DNA of 64,000 bases from contig OX597840.1 of the NCBI GenBank assembly GCA_951406725.2, forward strand, positions 15,128,001-15,192,000, in the 5' to 3' direction. The DNA is from Octopus vulgaris (Eukaryota). Under the pieces are notes generated by a model. The model ran no database searches. It was given only the letters and a program-made list of their open reading frames with translations, and was not told the DNA's origin. The position numbers and the translations under genes were made by a program. Below are positions 52,461 to 64,000 of the stretch, piece by piece. Numbering within the stretch: the stretch's first letter is position 1; each line of letters opens with the position of its first letter.

Positions 52461-52870
52461 CATACAAGCATATACATATATAGATATAGACACACATACA
52501 TGCTCTCACTCACACACTCATATTTATATGGGTATATATCAACATATATATAGGCATTCACAGAGAGCATATGTCAGCTATTGATTGCATTGTTTATGGC
52601 TTTTAATATATATTTGACTGTTTTTTTCTTTTTGCCAAAATCTTCTTGTAAAATGAGAAAGTATTTCATTTCAATATATATATTTTGGGTAGGTTATTAT
52701 CTTCCATTTCATTGGATTATATACAGCCACGGTGTATATATGTGTGTGTGTGTGCATGAATGTATATAGATATAGATAGGTAGATAGATAGCTAGATATT
52801 CACACATATATATGTATATACATATGTACATACATATATACATACACTTATATGAGCATCTATATATATA

Positions 52871-53392
52871 GTGTTGTCCGGAAAGTTTGTGCTGATTTTT
52901 AAAGGAAAGAAAAAGGTCAATAAATACTGGTATTACATTTTTAATCAACCAAATATGAACCATTTTCTTGCACAATGTGTCTCCATCTTTCCTTTAACTT
53001 GAAAATACCCTCTTCCCATAATTGAAGTGGTTTCATGGTAAGGAATTCATCAAGGTATCTTTTTATGTCATCCAAGGAATTGAAATTTTTACCATTAAGA
53101 CTATTCTGCAGAGACCTGAATAAGTGGAAATCCGAAGGAGCAATATCTGGTGAATATGGAGGGTGGGGTAACACATCCCAGCCAAGCTGCTGCAATTTTT
53201 GTCTGGTCCCAAAGCATCAAGTGTCGAAAATGAACTTTCTTATCTTCCATTCTAGAGGGTTACAAAATTAACACAGGTTATAGGAACATAAACCTTCTTC
53301 CACAAAAAGATAGCTTAAACTGTGCTCTAAATGGTGGTGTAGTCAAATCCTATTTTATGGACTCAACCATGTTCTAAAATAAGTTATCAAGT
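52871..53392 (-). mobile_element. Internally deleted mariner transposon
   Basis: TA + gtgttgtccggaaagt TIR; N-terminus MEDKKVHFRHLM (ATG 53250) fused out of frame to C-terminus LGWDVLPHPPYSPDIAPSDFHLF...NGSY. Confidence 0.9.
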
Positions 53393-53511
53393 GATGGTGT
53401 GGAGAGAAACATACATGCATACATACATACACATATATATGTTTGTTTTGTAAATTCTAACTACATCATCATCATCATCATCACGTTAAACGATGATGAT
53501 GATGATGATGT

Positions 53512-53662
53512 GAGAATTTACAAAAAAAAACAAAAGACAAAGATGGGTGTGTAAACAACAAACAGATGTATTAGTTTAAAGTTTGGAAAAGTCTTTTGCG
53601 TTTCGAGCCTACGCACTTCAACAGAAAGGAACACAGAAATAAACAGGGAGAGAAAATAGAAA

Positions 53663-53670
<8 letters not shown>
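53512..53670 (-). mobile_element. Penelope-like terminal fragment with variant hammerhead (53593-53628)
   Basis: Minus strand CTTT-CTGTTGA-A-GTGC-gtag-GCTC-GAAAC-GCA-AAAG. Confidence 0.55.
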
Positions 53671-53715
<45 letters not shown>

Positions 53716-53949
53716 AGAGAAGAAGAAGAAAATGGAGATTGTGAAGTTAATATGAGTTTATTATCAACAACAAATCGAGAGTTGTTTGAATTATACACAG
53801 TGAATTAATTAAATATCAATTTCATATCTCTGAGCATAATATCTTTAGAGGGGAACAAAAAATATACCAACAGGTATTTATATGCTTGTTTATGGATTCA
53901 TTATAGAAGACAATATATAATTCATAAAAAAAATATGAAGAAAATAACA

Positions 53950-54120
53950 CAAGCAAAAAACAACAACGTGAGGGCATGGTACATGGAAAGTATTAGCAGA
54001 TGCTCAGGGAAAGAAAGAAAGGTTGTTTTATATTTTGAGCAAAGCTCTTCTTCTGAAACAGGAGACAGGAGAGTTCAAGAGAAAAGGAAGCCGGAGGGAA
54101 AAAATCACCAATGATGTACA
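53950..54120 (-). mobile_element. Penelope-like terminal fragment with decayed hammerhead (54025-54059)
   Basis: Minus strand GTTT-CAGAAGA-A-GAGC-ttt-GCTC-AAAAT-ATA-AAAC; collinear with 21960-22140. Confidence 0.65.
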
Positions 54121-54327
54121 TGTAGTTATACAACAGGCTTTTTTCAATTTCCATCACCCAAATCCACTCACAAAGCTTTGAACCCAAAATTGCTTAGTTG
54201 GGAAGTAAACTTAACTACCTGTCCTTGTCTGCACTTATATCCAATGGGTTAAAGAATTGAGAATAGCCCAAAGTGAGATTTGAACTCGGAATTTTTAGAG
54301 CAAAAATATAATATTCTTCAACAGTTG

Positions 54328-55075
54328 GCATAATACCAAGATCCCAACATCAACACCAAGATACAGGACCAGATATTTTTCTACTTTACGCACAAGGCCC
54401 GAAATTTTGGTGGTGGTGGGGGCAGTCATTTAGATTGACCCCAATATACAACTGGTACTTAATTTATCGACCCCGAAAGGATGAAAAGCAAAGTCAACCT
54501 CAGCAGAATTTGAACTCAGAATGTAAAGACAGACGAAATACTGCTAAGCATTTTGCCCAGTGTGCTAACAATCCTGCCAGCACCCCACCTTAATACAGGA
54601 CCAGATGCTGCAACAGCTTGGGTTTCAAGGGCCTACAGCTCTTTAAACCTTTCTTTACCATATTGTTTTTGAGATGCTCTGTGTTTCTTTCAATTAATTT
54701 TAAATATAGCAAAGAATTTAGTAAAATTACTTAGTTATCTTTAAGCTAGTGTTTGGAGTATAAATTGTGACTAAGGTTTGATGGAAGATTTTAGTTCAAA
54801 ACTTTTGAAAACAAGACATATGTACTATAGAGCCAGTTTGAGAGACTTACACATGTCAGATGTAGATGTATTCAAAACAAAACTGGATTGCCTCCTGTCA
54901 AGAATTCCAGATGAACCTACCTCATGGTAGGAAACGCAGATGCAGGCAACAGATTAGAACTCCCTTATCCACCTAATGCCACATATCAGAGGGGGGCTTC
55001 AAATAATGAAGATGTAGCAAAAAGCTAACGCTGATGCCCCAGCATGGTCGCAGCTCTCGTGCTGAAACTAGTTAA
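54328..55075 (+). mobile_element. Old CR1-like LINE 3' end, split by a family B SINE and a piggyBac MITE
   Basis: NSLGFKGLQLF and DVDVFKTKLDCLLSRIPDEPTS match the C-terminus of the 12054-13580 ORF; 14-bp TSD atacaggaccagat (54361-54374, 54593-54606); MITE begins at TTAA ~54643. Confidence 0.8.
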
Positions 55076-55276
55076 AATTTTATTCATGAGATGACAGTCT
55101 TCAATAGCTGCCAATTTTGTCAACGTTTAATGAAGATTTTTCTAATATTCTACAAAAATTGCTTACTATGGAATGTTGTTTGTTCCTTCTTGAGCCACGC
55201 CTGGCTCATAAGGGCCAGTTTCCCAGTTTCCTTGGCGTATAGGTTCCCCACCTGGACGGAACACCGGTCTGTCACA

Positions 55277-55433
55277 GATACCAGAGGGCGCACACTCTCC
55301 TACCTTCATGTAATCTCCAGGGATACAGGCATCCAGCAACAGGACCTCTGTAATGCTATGATGGACCATGAAGTCTGGCGTAACACAGTAAATTCCATTG
55401 TTTCAACCTCGGTCAAACAATGATGATGATGAT
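55277..55433 (+). mobile_element. RTE-like LINE 3' end with (TGA)n tail
   Basis: RGRTLSYLHVISRDTG...AMMDHEVWRNTV...* directly followed by tgatgatga. Confidence 0.65.
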
Positions 55434-55439
55434 CGCAGG

Positions 55440-55636
55440 TGAGCTGCAAGATGCTGGATGAAAGAGTGAGAGAAAGTTGTGGCGAAAGAGTCAGCAGAAG
55501 TTTGCCATTACCTTCTGCCAGAGCCGCTTAGAACTTAGGTGTTTCGCTCATAAACACACATCACCCAGTCTGAGATTCGAACCCACGATCCCTCGACTGC
55601 AAGTCCACTGCTCTAACCACAAGGCCATGTGCCTCC
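55440..55636 (-). mobile_element. SINE family C-related 5' half
   Basis: Minus-strand tRNA head ggaggcacatggccttgtggttagagcag...ggttcgaatctc. Confidence 0.75.
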
Positions 55637-57256
55637 TATAATGAAATACATTGTGTCAACTCAGGTGAAATTTGAACCACGAAGTTTGAGAAAGTGAAAC
55701 AAAATAGCAAGAGACAGTTTAATCTTTCTAATACTGCTCAAGCATTTCCATCAATTCTTCCGACACTTAACAAGTGTATTCTAATAATATTTGATGAAAT
55801 TGCTAATTGATTAATTAATGAAGATCAGCTAATATGTCAGTGAAGGCCATCAAGTCACCGGCATATGATATCAATTTTTGAGTGACAGTCATTTTGAAGG
55901 TCATGTGCTTAGCTGCTGCTGCTGCTGCTATCTCAGCTTTTAGACATGGTACTCCTTTAGTGGTAGTTGTATATTTATCAAGTACCTCTTAATTGTAGCA
56001 GGAGGGAGAGAGAGAGAGAGAGACGTGTGTGTGAGGGGAAATGGCTGCTTTGGTTTTCTTTTATTATTTCATTTGTTTATGTCTATATTTATTTTAGCTG
56101 TCAATAAACAGATTTTCACTTGACCAGTGGTGGTGTTACTTCAGTGGAACTGTTCCCAATGCGAGACATTATTTAAATGAGACCATATTTAATGGAGAAG
56201 TCAGTGGTGAAGTACGTGGTGCATGTGTGGGTGGTGGGGGTAGACATTGGAATCAGGAGTGGGGGTGTATGAGTGGGTGCATATATGTATGTGTCTATGT
56301 TTGATAGCAGGGATTATGTGCATGCATATACACATGTAAATATTTATGTGTATACATACACATATATATGTAGATGTGTGCGTCTATATCTATTTATCCA
56401 TATATATATATATATATATATATATCCATATATATATTTATATATTGAATTGGCCATGCTGGAGCACTACCATTTGGTGTTGGTACATAATTTTTATTTT
56501 GTACATATGCACACACACATATATATGGGGCAGCTCCCCCACTTGCCAGCTCTGATCAGATCATCCAACCCATGCCAGCATGGACAACAGATGTTAAAAG
56601 ATGATGATGATGTGTCCTTCTAATTGTTGTTTCTCTTGTCCGCCTTTGTGTCATCTATCTGAGTGTTTTACTTACCCACTATTGCATTTTTGTTCCATTT
56701 ACATATATATACATGTGTGTGTGTGTGTGTGTGCGTATTTATACACATATATAAAATATATATGTATATATACATACACATACATGTATTATATGTACAT
56801 ATATATATATATATATATATTATATACATATACACATGCACACACACTTATAAATCAGTGATGGGAATGGTGGTAATGTTCCTTTATTTTCAAACTCTTG
56901 TGTGTGTGTGTGAGAGAGAGAGAAAGAGAGAGAGGTCTGTAGAATCTAAACCAGGACTTGCTGCAGTGTTTTACTTTTGGGCTGGTTTCTATAACTGGAT
57001 TTCACAGAGCAAACTGGTTGGGTTTTATTTTGTGGCACCAGCGCTACTGAGGTCACCTTGTCGCTTGCAAAGTAAAAGAGAGCTCCCCCCCCCTCGCCAA
57101 CACGCACACACACACACACGATTGATGGCACAGGCACAGTGTATGGTGGTGGTGAGATTAACAGATGAATAGTGTTAGGGCAGGGGAAAGTAATAGACAA
57201 AAGAGGGGAAACAGAAAAAGAGGGGGTATGTATACATATATATATATATATATGTG

Positions 57257-57287
<31 letters not shown>

Positions 57288-57629
57288 GTATATATATGTA
57301 TATATATATATGTATATATATGTATATATATATGTATATATGTGCGTATATATATATATATATATATAGACATAAATATATTTGTATGCACACGTGTGTG
57401 TGTACTTATACACAGAAATACACACACACAGAAATACACACATACACAAATGCATACGTTTATGTGTGTGTATCTATATATGTGTGTGAAAACACGGACA
57501 CACTGTTGCTTACAACAATAACAAATAACGATAGATTCTCAATCAATATGTTTGATAGACAAGAATAACAACAACAACTATAACTACCATAGCATATGGG
57601 ACAATGTGCTTGCCTCCATGTGGCGGCCA

Positions 57630-58440
57630 CAGCGGCTAGAAATAGCTACCAAATCTCCCTCAGTTTACACTCCTCTCATCTTCAGAAAGGCGTGGACACA
57701 GTGCACAGTATAATCACACATATATAGGAATTGTGGATGGTCACGGCTGGAGTGCTTTCGATGCTAACACTGCTCAGTCAAGGCGACTAACAACTTTAAA
57801 AATACAAGCCGGGGAACGAGCCTGTACGTGGTCTTTGAATCCTCTAGAAATAGCAGCCGAATCATATCTTTGAGCAATAAAACGATAGAAATGCTCGTTA
57901 AATAACGTTGTCTTAAATATTATACTACGTTGGTAAATGAAGGGATAGTCACGGCTGGAAAGCTTTTCATCGTTGGTTTGCTCAGTCAGCGTTGTCCCTT
58001 GGTTAAGCAGCAACAACAGTAGCAGCAGCAGCTGCTTCTGGTGCTGCTATATCAGTAACGGCTGCAACAACAACAACAACAATATCTGCAACAGCTGCTT
58101 GCGAATTAGCATCATCATCATTAGCAGCAGCAGCAACAACAATTGTAATTATAAAATGCGGCGGCAAACAAACCAACTCGTGGTGGTTGAGCCTGCAAGA
58201 AATAGCAGCCAAAACTCCGTCGAATCACGCTCTACCGTCTTACAAAAAAAAAAAAAAAACTGACCACGTTGGATAAATGTGATTCTTGGTTTCCTGCTGC
58301 ATCGCTTAGAAAAGAAGCTGGGGTTGGGCACGGCTAGATTTCCTTTGATCATAGGTTTCCTGGGCGATCTTATAACGAAATATAGCCGTTTCTTGTTCCA
58401 GATCAGGTCTGATCTGGCGCAAAAACAATTACCGTAAATA
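57630..58440 (+). repeat. Tandem copies of a ~200-bp dispersed repeat (gctagaaatagcagccaaat ... ggggctaaacaac)
   Basis: Start motif at about 57635, 57844 and 58195; also at 30121, 47160, 60514 and inverted at 37080-37445. Confidence 0.65.
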
Positions 58441-58952
58441 CAGCAATCATTGATGTTAGTAAGAGGGACGACGGTTTGGCCGGATCGTTTGAACGCTACA
58501 CAAAATACCTTCTGGTATTTTACGTGCACAAAATCCTTCAGTTCTCTGATTCTCAGATTGTGGGGCTGCACTGACTGAAAAATGATGTTTGCATTTTCAA
58601 AACTTCTCTTGACGCAAATCCTGGTTTTCTCATTAGTTACCTGTTATTTATCTTTTACTTGTTTCATCCTTTGGACTGCGGCCATGCTGGGGCACCGCCT
58701 TAATGAATTCTTAGTTGGGTGAATCAATCCCAGTACTTTTTAAAATCTGGTTCTTATTCTATCGGTCTCTCTTTACCGAACCGCTAAGTTGCAAGGACGG
58801 AGAGATTCAAAATATTTCCATAAATTTTTGATGTGCTTTTCGTTAGTAGCATGACTGTCTGGAGGCGGGCAGTGCGCTTCACCTGATGTTTTTATAGGGG
58901 GTGGTAATTCATAAGGAAAAATCTATACAATATGTTGTATTTTATGTGGGGA

Positions 58953-59106
58953 CAGGGCCGGCTCAAGGTACCGGCAACACGGGCAGTTGTCCGGGCCGCC
59001 ATGTGCTAGGAGGCGCCAAGGAGGACGTGACAAAGAAATTTCCACAACCTTGTACACATCGAAGTTCAGCTTGGTCGGGGCAACAGCAACCCTAAGGGCG
59101 GCCCTG
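58953..59106. mobile_element. 154-bp hAT-type MITE
   Basis: TIRs cagggccg / cggccctg; perfect 8-bp TSD tgtgggga (58945-58952, 59107-59114). Confidence 0.85.
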
Positions 59107-59864
59107 TGTGGGGATTCTGGGCAACCGGGGGGGGGGATTCAAGGATTGCTTCGGGCGGCACATACCCTAAATAAGCCTTTGGGTTTGATGTTTCTCTATC
59201 TGAGGATCGCTTTTTGAGCTGAGTTCAAATCCCGCTGAGGACAACTTTACTTTTCACCGTTTCAGGGGTTGATATTATCAACTGTTTCTCCGTCAACACA
59301 ACAACAACAACAACAAAACAACAACAATAATAATAATAATAATCAAAATTATAATAATAATAATTTAAAAAAGAATCTGAGACCTTGTGTCTATTTGAAA
59401 AAACAAATCAATAATAACAATGACATATCGATAAAAATCAATAAAATTAATATTCCTATTCAATATATTTGATGGTTTCTTCTTCCCCACCAATTACATC
59501 AATTTAATTTAATTATGAACACATCATAGACATAAGATTAATTGGTTGGCAATGGCTCCTAGACAAAGGTCAACTTCTGGCGGCAAAATTTCAAGGACAG
59601 GGTCGTCTCCGAAAAAAATATTCTAAGGTGGAATGTGGCCGGTCCCAGATTTCCTGGGTGGCGGGAGAGAACCGCGGGGTTTTTGTAAAAGAAGATTGTG
59701 AACTGAGAGATGGGGGCCTCGTGTTTATGGGCTCATTTTTTGGTTCTCCATCATCAATCCCCATCGACTCAATGCCCCCACAGTAGACTAGCGAGAGTAT
59801 ATGCCGCCTGCGACATCCTTTAAGTTTGTCACCCACACTCTGGCCCTCATCAAGTCTCTACAGC

Positions 59865-60293
59865 ACTAGATCTCAACCGGGGACCATATGATCCTTGAAG
59901 GTCCAAGATGACCCTCGGGGGTCCATATAAGATTCTCTTATTAAATAAATTAGTCATGCATTTCTACAATACACAAAATATAACTAATCCTTTTTTATAC
60001 AGTTCCTATTAATATTTAATTATAAAAATATTAAAGGATTTTTTAAACATCGAATGGTTTCGAGGGACCGCTCGAGTGAAACAGGAATCAAGGGGGTCCT
60101 TAAGTGAAAAGTAATTGAGAACCAGGGGCGGACCCAAGGGCGTGTGGGGAGATGATGGGAACAAGGCCCCTCAAGAAAAGAAGTGCGCCCTTATGAATAA
60201 TGTTATTACGCCTTTTTCTCCTAGAATTGTATTCTTTTCTGACCTTGTGCCCTCCCTTTGAAAAATTCCTGGGACTGCGCCTGAGAACCATTG
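59865..60293. mobile_element. hAT-type MITE with a second MITE (~60123-60283) inserted in its terminal repeat
   Basis: tctcaacc ... ttgagaaccattg ends; tgagaacca duplicated at 60116-60124 and 60282-60290. Confidence 0.65.
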
Positions 60294-60582
60294 CAGACCC
60301 AAAAGTGCTGCCTTCACAAAAGCACTGCACGGAACAGACCTCTACCTTGCTTCTAGTCCCCTAGCTACAATGATGTATCCTCGCCTCTAAATGACGTTAG
60401 CCAAGTAGCCCCTATGGGTTTTATATACGAGACCCCATCACCATGACCAATTACGAAAGCAACAGCAAGAACAGCAGCAATGAGCAGAGTGCCGACATAA
60501 TCACCACTGAATCTGCTAGAAATAGCAGCTAAGTTTCGTCAGATCACAACCGTTCTGTTTTTTACCACAGCAATAACAATAA

Positions 60583-60802
60583 TAATCCTTTCTACTTAAA
60601 AGCATAAGGCCTGAAATTTGTGGGGAGGGGACTAGTCGATTACATTGATCCCAGTGTTTCACTGGTATTTAATATATAGTCCCTGAAAGGATGAACGGCA
60701 AAGCCGACCTTGGCGGAATTTGAACTCAGAACGTAGCGACGGGCGAAATACTGCTTAGCATTTCGCCCGGCTTGCTAACGATTCTGCCAGTTAGCCGCCC
60801 TC
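60583..60802 (-). mobile_element. SINE family B (CpG-retaining)
   Basis: Complete head, core and tail. Confidence 0.88.
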
Positions 60803-61671
60803 AATAATAATAATAATGATAGCAGCAGCAACAAGAACAGCAAGAAGAAGAAGAACCAAATAAAATATATGAACAACACATTGCATGATGTAGTCCTAGA
60901 TGTATTGGGTCTGAAAAAAGTTTAGAAAATAAGTGGGGTGATTACGTTTGGAATACTTTTTGATCACCCGTGAACTTGACTAGGCTGAGCCAACCTAGGG
61001 TTAAATAAGAACAACACCTGGATTTATTTCAAAGGGACAAGTGGGGTTGGAAAAGGAAAAATTTATTAAAAATCATTTCCTTGCTTGGCGGAAAGACTAA
61101 GAAATGGAGGCACAAGTGTGGGTGTGGGTGGGTATGTGTGCGCGCGCTTGTGTGTTTGTCAACCCACCACTTGAAACCGATGCTGGTTTGTTTACATCCC
61201 CCAGAACCTAGCGGTTTGGCAAAAAAAAACCCAATAAATATCAAACTGCCAATAATAATAATAATAATAAACGAGCACTAGCGTCGATTTTTTCGACGAA
61301 TCCTTTCAAAGTGGTGCTCCAGTATGGCTGCTGATTTAGGCGAAAGCATGGTTAAGAAAAAAGTTCGTTTCGAAACCACGTAGTTTTGGGTTCAATCCAG
61401 TTATGCATCTTCTGCTACAACAAAAATGCTGTACAGATACTCTGTGATTGAAGTTAGTCAATGAAGTTGTGTGTGTGTCTTTGTTGCTTGCCGTCTGGCA
61501 AACCAGTATTGGTTTGTTTACGTCCCCATTGATTAACGATTCGGCAAAGTGAGAACAATAGGGGAGGTACTGGGCGTGATTTGGTCAGCTGAACCCGTCG
61601 AGTTTGGTGCCCCAGCATGGCCGCAATCCAATGACTGAAATAAATAAAGATAAATGAACGAATAAATGCAC

Positions 61672-61835
61672 GTGGCTGTGTGGAAAGTAGCTTGCTTCCC
61701 AACTACATGGTTCCTGGTTCAATTCCCACTGCGTGACACCTTAGGCAAGTATCTTCTACTATGGCCTCGGGCCGACCAAAGCTTTGTGATTGGATTTGGT
61801 AGACAGAAACTGAAAGAAGCCCGTCGCATATACAT

Positions 61836-61873
<38 letters not shown>

Positions 61874-62097
61874 GTGTGTGTGTATGTATTTGTGTATCTG
61901 TGTTTGCCCCCCACCCCACCCCCCATCGCTTGACAATCGATGGTGGTGTGTTTACGTCCCCGTAACTTAGCGGTTCGGCAAAAGTGACCGATGGAATAAG
62001 AACTAATCTTACAAAGAATAATCCCGGGGTCGATTTGTTCGACTAAAGGCGGTGCTCCAGCATGGCCGCAGTCAAATGACTGAAACAAGTGAAAGAG
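61672..62097 (+). mobile_element. SINE family A (CpG-retaining)
   Basis: Near-consensus copy. Confidence 0.92.
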
Positions 62098-63280
62098 TAT
62101 ATATATATATTAATGTAGTAAATATTGGTTTGAAATTTTAGGCAGAAGGTTAGCAATTTCGGGACAGGGTTAAGTCGATAACATCAATCCCTGTGCTCAA
62201 CTGGTATTTATTTTATAATAAGAAGAGAGAGAGGGGAGGGTGGAAAAGACAAAATCGACCTCGATGAAATTTGAACACAAATATAAAGAGAGACGAAATG
62301 CCGCTATGCATTTTGCCCGGTGTGCTAACCACTCCGCCAACTCGCCGCCTTAACTATATAAAGTAAATGTTACATCGTGGCTATTGAAACTAAGTTTAAG
62401 AATACCAGCATGGGATTTTCTGCTGGGAGAAACTCAATAGCCTTTTCTGCTATAGGCACAAGGCACGAAATTTGGGGGAAGGGGGCTAGTCGATTAGCCT
62501 AATTGAGACCCCTCTATTTTTACTGTATTTTAAACTAAATACATGGCATTGGCGACCAAATCGGAGCTATGACAATGAAATTCATACCATGAACTCCCAG
62601 GGAGTATCGTAAGGAGGTTTAATTTCTAAAGGGTCACTTAAATGGGGCCCCACTGACCACCCCTATTTTTATTGCATTTACCTCACTTCCTACGCTTATT
62701 GATTAAACTATGATCAGGATCTGTGCTTAGCACATTTTCAGAAATAAGTCTGGGTTTTTAAATACCTTCACGTACATTCAAATCGAGATAAACAGTTACG
62801 TTTCAAGTGTGGTAGTGTGGAGATTTATATTTTGTAGTTAATGAAACTTATGTCTAGTATCAGAATAAAAATCACACGCTGAAGAATAGAGCAATAAGTA
62901 TTAAATCATAAATTCCGGCCATAGAGTGACCAATGGTTTCGTATCCACGAAAGCTACAGCCTTGTGTGTCTATGTATCCAGGTACAACCTACTGCTTGAA
63001 CGCATCGTCAGTGACCAAACCGACGTCCTCACCAAACTGTGTTGGGAAAGAGCTTTAAGAAACATTGGTGAAGAGGAACGTGGATACATTGACTAATAAC
63101 TAAGATACAGTGACGATGTCAGATTAGAAGGAAGGGAAGAAGGACAGTGGGAGTTAAGAGATAATAAGCCAAAAGGGATATGAAACTGGGATGGATGCAG
63201 AGGAAACGTATATGCAAACGTACAGCATTTATACATAGTAAAATACATACAAACATCGATATGTGTAGATAGATATTACT

Positions 63281-63826
63281 ATGGCACTCCGTCGGTTGCG
63301 ACGACGAGGATTCCAGTTGATCCGATCAACGGAACAGCCTGCTCGTGAAATTAACGTGTAAGTGACGGTTGTCAAGCGGCGAGCTAGCAGAATCGTTAGC
63401 ACGTCGGGCGAAATGCTTAGCGGTATTTCGTCTGCCGTTACGTTGTGAGTTCAAATTCCGCCGAGGTCGACTTGGCCTTTCATCCTTTCGGGGTCGATAA
63501 ATTAAGTACCAGTTAAGCACTGGGGTCGATATAATCGACTTAATACCTATGTCTGTCCATGTTTGTCCCCTCTATGTTCAGCCCCTTGTGGGTAATAAAG
63601 AAATAGGTTGTCAAGCGATGTTGGGTGGGGGAGCAAACGCAGACATATATTATACATGTACATATATACGACAAGCTTCTTTCAGTTTCCATCTACCAAA
63701 TCCACTCACAACGCTTTGGTCGGCCCGAGGCTACAGCAGAAGACACTTGTCCAAGGTGCCACGCAGTGGGACTGAACCCGCACCCATGCGGTTGGGAAGC
63801 AAGCTTCTTGCCACCCAGCCACGCCT
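63281..63826. mobile_element. Nested SINEs: family C 3' fragment (-), family B (+, ~63377-63605), family A (-)
   Basis: ggttgtcaagcg duplicated around the family B copy. Confidence 0.85.
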
Positions 63827-64000
63827 ATGTAGAAACCCTTCCACATTGACTCAGTTATTCACACGAGTGGCATCGGTGCTTGTAACACATTGCGTTTTAC
63901 ATAAATGGTTGCAAACTGTTCTCTCTATCTTTCTTTCTTTCTCTATCTTTTTCTCTCTCTACTTCTTTATTTCTCACTCTCTTTCTCTCTCTCTCTCTTT

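Noticed and set aside
62970-63095. Short frame RYNLLLERIVSDQ...RGYID* after a CAG
   Set aside because: Could be a terminal exon or transposase tail, but there is no polypyrimidine tract or diagnostic motif.

Overview
AT-rich, microsatellite-saturated eukaryotic non-coding DNA. The repeat repertoire looks like a coleoid cephalopod (Octopus-type) genome; this is inferred from SINE sequences, not proven. No intact host gene can be supported, and almost all of the ORF track is translated (TA)n/(CA)n/triplet microsatellite. Real coding signal is limited to: one young 5'-truncated CR1-superfamily LINE RT (12054-13580); a Penelope-like (PLE) GIY-YIG endonuclease fragment (20782-21072); Tc1/mariner, RTE, R4/Dong and CCHC-ORF1 relics; and a probable decayed LRR/Toll-like receptor pseudogene (~5270-6030). 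At least four tRNA-derived SINE families, piggyBac MITEs and hAT MITEs are nested in one another. Most notable: (i) about eight minimal type-I hammerhead ribozyme motifs, including a tRNA-headed element with a hammerhead tail and a Penelope-style inverted 5' duplication (~18105-18488, candidate PLE-mobilised ribozyme SINE) and a ~515-bp palindrome with a hammerhead in each arm; (ii) a 3' tail and hairpin shared by the CR1-like LINE and the commonest SINE; (iii) an apparent CpG-decay boundary near 57.5 kb; (iv) a cryptic ~70-bp periodic repeat at ~6.7-7.5 kb.
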